64,000 nt of DNA from Piedraia hortae CBS 480.64 (Eukaryota): the NCBI GenBank assembly GCA_010093745.1, contig MU005983.1, positions 1 to 64,000 on the forward strand, written 5' to 3'. The notes under the pieces were generated by a model, which was not told the origin of the DNA, ran no database searches, and saw only the letters and a program-made list of their open reading frames with translations. The translations under genes were made by a program, and so were the position numbers. Positions 59,968 to 64,000 of the stretch are shown here, one piece after another; position 1 is the stretch's first letter, and the number at the start of each line of letters is the position of its first letter.

Positions 59968-61194
59968 ATGCTCCTCTTAAACTCCACGTACCTGGAATCC
60001 CAGCAAAAAATGCCATTTAAGCTTGGCTGGAAGAAGGATGTGAGGCCAAAATCTTCTGGAAATCTCCCTGTCAAGCCCCCATCCCATGCGGATCGACCAA
60101 AGACGGCCCCCAGACCCATTGACCGCAGCGAGCATCTGAAGCATTACAATGAGATCATCGAGGTTCGCTCTGGAGGAGACGTCTTCAGTTTCCCAACACC
60201 TTCTCCTCGGGTGACACCAAGAAGTTCTTGTTCTCCAGCGGATGCAACCTCCAAGATGGCTGCTGTACCGACCTCGACGATGCGGCAGCCGTCTCCAATG
60301 AAACGGCAGGTAGACTTCACCAAGCCGCATCCTCCTCTACCGACAGCAGCTACACCGCAGTCGACAAAGCTGCATCGTAAAAAGTCTGGTTGGAGCACTC
60401 TAGGCTCTTTGTTCAAACATGGGCCCACTAAATCAACCAGCAGTGATGCCCTTCGCTATGCGCAGACAACGCCATCAGAACGTCCAAGAACATCCAAAAT
60501 CTCACATTCTCCTTCACGCATCCGGGCCAAGACCCCATCACCTTCTTCTCCCAAGGGTCGCGAGGCTCCCATCTTGTCCTTTGTCACCGCCCGCGAGACG
60601 CAATCACCAACCTCGTCAGACCAAGACTCTGAAGGGATTCCGGAGGAGCCACCGGTCATTCCTCAGCTAGAGCTGCCAAACCATGAGTTTGGACGGTACA
60701 GCGTCCTGTTTGGCAAAGTGCTGGAATCTCGTCCATCACTCTTAGAAAGACGCCAAGGACGTAGTACTGATTCGTCTATCCTACCGCCTACTAATATGCT
60801 CCCTATACAAATTCCAGCGCCAGGCCCTCCCGTTACAAATCGGGGAAGGTCCATCAAGCGTACTACACGACGCCCGTCTGCTGAAGCCGAAGAGCCGACG
60901 CAGCGTGAAGTCATACCCACGGAGAAAGGGCCGGACTGGGAACTGCTCAATTCTCGTCCACTCAAATCGAGCCAACACAAACCGTTGTATCCCCGCATCA
61001 ACTCTGCACAGGATCTGGAAAGGCAAATAATACAGGTTAGCGTGGCACGACAGGCCAGTGTAAGTGCTGCAAGGAGACAGGTTCAACGAGCTAGCAACTG
61101 TGCCGAGCACAAGCCCACAGTTGTTAATATGGACCGAAGTTTTGAAGCTGCACGAGCTGTGCTGGAAGAACCCTGCGAGTCACAGGATTCATGA
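59968..61194 (+). CDS. Hypothetical Ser/Pro-rich disordered protein
   Basis: 408-aa ORF with short structured-looking islands (RYSVLFGKVL..PSLLERRQ, QVSVARQASVS). Start could be the ATG at 60010. Confidence 0.65.
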   Translation: MLLLNSTYLESQQKMPFKLGWKKDVRPKSSGNLPVKPPSHADRPKTAPRPIDRSEHLKHYNEIIEVRSGGDVFSFPTPSPRVTPRSSCSPADATSKMAAVPTSTMRQPSPMKRQVDFTKPHPPLPTAATPQSTKLHRKKSGWSTLGSLFKHGPTKSTSSDALRYAQTTPSERPRTSKISHSPSRIRAKTPSPSSPKGREAPILSFVTARETQSPTSSDQDSEGIPEEPPVIPQLELPNHEFGRYSVLFGKVLESRPSLLERRQGRSTDSSILPPTNMLPIQIPAPGPPVTNRGRSIKRTTRRPSAEAEEPTQREVIPTEKGPDWELLNSRPLKSSQHKPLYPRINSAQDLERQIIQVSVARQASVSAARRQVQRASNCAEHKPTVVNMDRSFEAARAVLEEPCESQDS

Positions 61195-61199
61195 CGTCA
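61192..61199. promoter_or_regulatory. CRE (ATF/CREB) palindrome TGACGTCA upstream of the Con-10-like gene
   Basis: Perfect 8-bp palindrome ~90 nt upstream of ATG 61289, overlapping the upstream gene's TGA stop. Confidence 0.5.
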
Positions 61200-61288
61200 A
61201 CGGTCGTTTGCTGGGATATGATGTTTTGGTCCCCCACTTGGGATCTTCTTCCTCTTTCTTCATCGTCAACATTTAAGGGAACCCGATA

Positions 61289-61834
61289 ATGTCTGCTGCT
61301 CAAGATCCCAACCGCAATCCCGATGGCACGCTGAAGCCCGGCCACGGACCCATTGGAGACCACCACTCCCACTCTCATGGCACTCACTCTGCCTCTGCTG
61401 ACCCCAACCGCAACCCTGATGGCACATTGAAGCCAGGCCATGGTCCCATTGGAGATCAACATGCCTCTCATCATCACGGCGCCCACTCGGCTGTTGCTGA
61501 TCCCAACCGTAACGCTGATGGCACGTTCAAGCCTGGCCATGGCCCCGTTGGAGACCAGCAGCACCATAGCACTCACTCGGCCACTGCCGACCCCAACCGT
61601 AACCCTGATGGCACATTGAAGCCTGGCCATGGCCCTATCGGCCATCAGAGTGGCTCGCACACTACTCACTCCCATGCTACTGGTGTCGCCGCGAGTGACC
61701 CCAGTCGCAACCCCGATGGAACTTTTGCCAAGGGATCTTCTGCAACCAATCCGAACAACTTTGCCAACTTGCCTAAGAGTGAAGTCGAGCATCTGGCTCA
61801 CGAGGGTGGTATGCACTCTCACGGTAATGTCTAG
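61289..61834 (+). CDS. His-rich tandem-repeat hydrophilin with C-terminal Con-10/KGG-type motif
   Basis: Five DP(N/S)RN(P/A)DGT(L/F) repeats with synonymous variation at DNA level; C-terminal NPNNFANLPKSEVEHLAHEGG. Confidence 0.85.
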   Translation: MSAAQDPNRNPDGTLKPGHGPIGDHHSHSHGTHSASADPNRNPDGTLKPGHGPIGDQHASHHHGAHSAVADPNRNADGTFKPGHGPVGDQQHHSTHSATADPNRNPDGTLKPGHGPIGHQSGSHTTHSHATGVAASDPSRNPDGTFAKGSSATNPNNFANLPKSEVEHLAHEGGMHSHGNV

Positions 61835-62140
61835 TGTAAGAGATGAATGTCACGACCCGCCTACAGGACGTACATAGAGTATGGCCTTGTACCAAATGCT
61901 TTCCAATGTTCTAGTATCCGAAACCAATATAATTTGCAATGTTTGCGTTCGATCTATGATAGGCAGCCGCCAAGACCCGGCAAGTCTTGCGCACACCACG
62001 ATTTGCTTTTCAACGGACTTCACCAAACGTGTGCCTTTCAAAGTTCCCAAAAAGCAAAAGATCACTTCACACTCTATATTCAACTTCCCATAACTCCTAT
62101 GAAAAGCACACATGCTATGTACAAACAATAGCCAATCTAA

Positions 62141-63268
62141 TCACTCTGCAAACACCTGGTTCATCAGCTTACAAGCCCTAAGATAATGCTCCCTCACACC
62201 AGGAGTAGGTTTCAACGGGTTCGGAGCCTTATCCCAACCATGCGGCACGCCGGGGACCATGTGATAGTGGACCGTCTTCCCGAGCTCCTGGGTTAGCCTT
62301 TTCTCAAAATCCTTCCCTTCGTCGAGCAGCATATCAAACTCGCATGTGTGCATGATGATGGTCTCGGGAAGAGCGTTCTTCAACAGCTCAGCCGAGGCCA
62401 CGCCGGGGGACAAATAGGGCGAATCAAGCGCGATGGTGTTTGGCGGGTGAAGGTAGCTGTCATCGAATAAATCCGTGAAAACGGCGGGCAGTTCCTGGTC
62501 CTTGCGGACGTTTGTCGCCCTGCGCTGTTCGCGCGAGCGAGTATAGTCCAAACTTGGGTACCACGGTACAATGCAGGCGAGATTTATGACTGGCTCGTCG
62601 CGGGTTACGCTGGGTTTGGGTAAGATTTCTTCTGCGATGCCGGTTTCATCAACCCGTGTGGTGCTGCTGGCCGTGGAGTGGCCACCTGAAGACCTGAGTT
62701 CCACGCGAGCTTCCTTGTGGGTTTCCATACGGAAGCCAGTTTGCTCGTGGTAGAGCCTTATGGGGACTGTGAAGGCCATATTGCCGCCAGAGGAGAAGCC
62801 CGAGAGGGCAATCTTGTTGGGGTTGATGCCCAATTCCGCAGCGTTCGCATGTACCCAGCGCACGGCATCTACGCCGTCTTCGACAGCTGTTGGAAACGGA
62901 CACTCGGGAGCCAGACGATAGTCTACTGAAACTACGACTGCTTTACATTCTGTCACTACCGTGGCACACCACCGCGCATCGTCGGTGGCGCTGCCGAGCG
63001 TGAAGCCGCCGCCATGGAAGTTAATGACCACTGGTCGACTGTCTGACGGCTTATGGTTGGGCGGCAGGTAGAAGTGAAGGGTAATGTAACCAGACTTCCC
63101 GGCACAAGTGGTTGGAACCTGTCGCGTGAAGTTAGGATTTGGTGGCTGCGGAGGAGCGAATTTATGAAAGAAGATGCCCAGTTTCATAAGGACGCGCCAA
63201 AAGGTCGCCTGGAGGTGCAGCACCCATCGCGGCCGGCCCTGGCCTTGCTTGCGCCATTCACCCGACAT
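62141..63268 (-). CDS. Alpha/beta hydrolase (HSL/GDXG esterase-lipase family)
   Basis: NFHGGGF, VDYRLAPE, GFSSGGN nucleophile elbow, EFDML, HGW. Confidence 0.92.
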   Translation of the reverse strand: MSGEWRKQGQGRPRWVLHLQATFWRVLMKLGIFFHKFAPPQPPNPNFTRQVPTTCAGKSGYITLHFYLPPNHKPSDSRPVVINFHGGGFTLGSATDDARWCATVVTECKAVVVSVDYRLAPECPFPTAVEDGVDAVRWVHANAAELGINPNKIALSGFSSGGNMAFTVPIRLYHEQTGFRMETHKEARVELRSSGGHSTASSTTRVDETGIAEEILPKPSVTRDEPVINLACIVPWYPSLDYTRSREQRRATNVRKDQELPAVFTDLFDDSYLHPPNTIALDSPYLSPGVASAELLKNALPETIIMHTCEFDMLLDEGKDFEKRLTQELGKTVHYHMVPGVPHGWDKAPNPLKPTPGVREHYLRACKLMNQVFAE

Positions 63269-63350
63269 TGTTTTCTGTCACGTTGTCGGCGGATGCACAC
63301 GGGGATGACTGACGTCATGGCGACGATTACGCATTACACTACGCTAGCTG

Positions 63351-64000
63351 CTAGCACATGGTGTATTCGCAGTGTCCCTCGGATGTGCGCTTCGCGTCTT
63401 CTGTCTTCAGTCCGTAGTCAATTTCTATGTCTAGGTCTCGGCGGTTCTTTTGGTTTGGCTTCACCGAAAGCTTACCGCTTACCTGCTCCCCATTCTCCAC
63501 CATGAGCACGTCAGCGAGGTAGAAGACGGTCTGCTTCCAGTGCGTGTATTTTGTATGCGGTCCAGTGCTGAAACGGATGAGCTTATGGCACGCCGTAAAC
63601 TCAATGTCGAACCACGCCACCAGCGCGTGCAGATAGTCTGTCCTACGCACCTTCAATGAGAAGGGCAAGGAAAAGGCAAGCTGTGCGGGAGTTACTTTGT
63701 AAAGATCGAAGCTCACAACAGCACAGGGATCCGTCACGACCGCTTTAAGGTCGACTGTGTCCACAAGAGGCTCCGTCAACGCCGTTGCCTTGAGCGGCGT
63801 GTAGTCGAAGCCGTAGACGTTGTCCCAGAAGCCGATTTTTTCATCCTTGTAGTCACCATCCTCGATACCGGCCAGATATATGGTCGCCTTATCCGGGAAG
63901 ATCAGGCCCTTGCCGTCTTTGCGCAGATACTTGTCTCGTGCCCACAAGACTGTGTCCATCATGCTTTCATAGAGCAGGAAATATCCCATCCACTCTGAGA
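63351..64000 (-). CDS. HMT1: Protein arginine N-methyltransferase 1 (5'-truncated by window edge)
   Basis: SEWMGYFLLYESM, EPLVD, FSTGP..THWKQT. Confidence 0.95.
   Translation of the reverse strand, partial: SEWMGYFLLYESMMDTVLWARDKYLRKDGKGLIFPDKATIYLAGIEDGDYKDEKIGFWDNVYGFDYTPLKATALTEPLVDTVDLKAVVTDPCAVVSFDLYKVTPAQLAFSLPFSLKVRRTDYLHALVAWFDIEFTACHKLIRFSTGPHTKYTHWKQTVFYLADVLMVENGEQVSGKLSVKPNQKNRRDLDIEIDYGLKTEDAKRTSEGHCEYTMC

Noticed and set aside
61289..61834. Repeat protein as a RiPP or Kex2-processed peptide precursor
   Set aside because: No signal peptide, no KR/KK cleavage sites between repeats, and no DUF3328 or tailoring genes nearby.

Overview
Eukaryotic (fungal, Pezizomycotina-type) genomic DNA with two regimes. 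(1) ~1-13.2 kb is a decayed, gene-poor block: a DOA1/UFD3 pseudogene, an SRPK-like kinase pseudogene, pogo/DDE_1 and MULE/SWIM-type transposase relics, a possible MITE, a 48-bp minisatellite, two copies of an unidentified degenerate coding relic, and a frameshifted orphan ORF. (2) ~13.3-64 kb is a very compact housekeeping region with mostly 44-59-nt introns and tiny intergenic gaps. It holds BRF1, a neutral ceramidase, a PHD protein, ARP5, ECM13-like, noxR, Rictor/AVO3, MRPL23, CCS1, DAHP synthase, GOT1, ARL1, MHF2, an FGGY kinase, EMC10-like, a PTS1-bearing CYB2-like gene, CON7, DBP2, RAD9, ATS1, RPS16, NSE1, YKT6, IES6, a Rab GTPase, a His-rich repeat/Con-10 protein, an esterase and partial HMT1, plus a hAT relic and an F-box/LRR pseudogene. 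The most notable signals are a densely base-paired 416-nt intron in DBP2 and a His-rich tandem-repeat protein fused to a Con-10 motif with a perfect CRE palindrome upstream. Family assignments come from motif recognition, not database searches; splice sites were inferred by eye.
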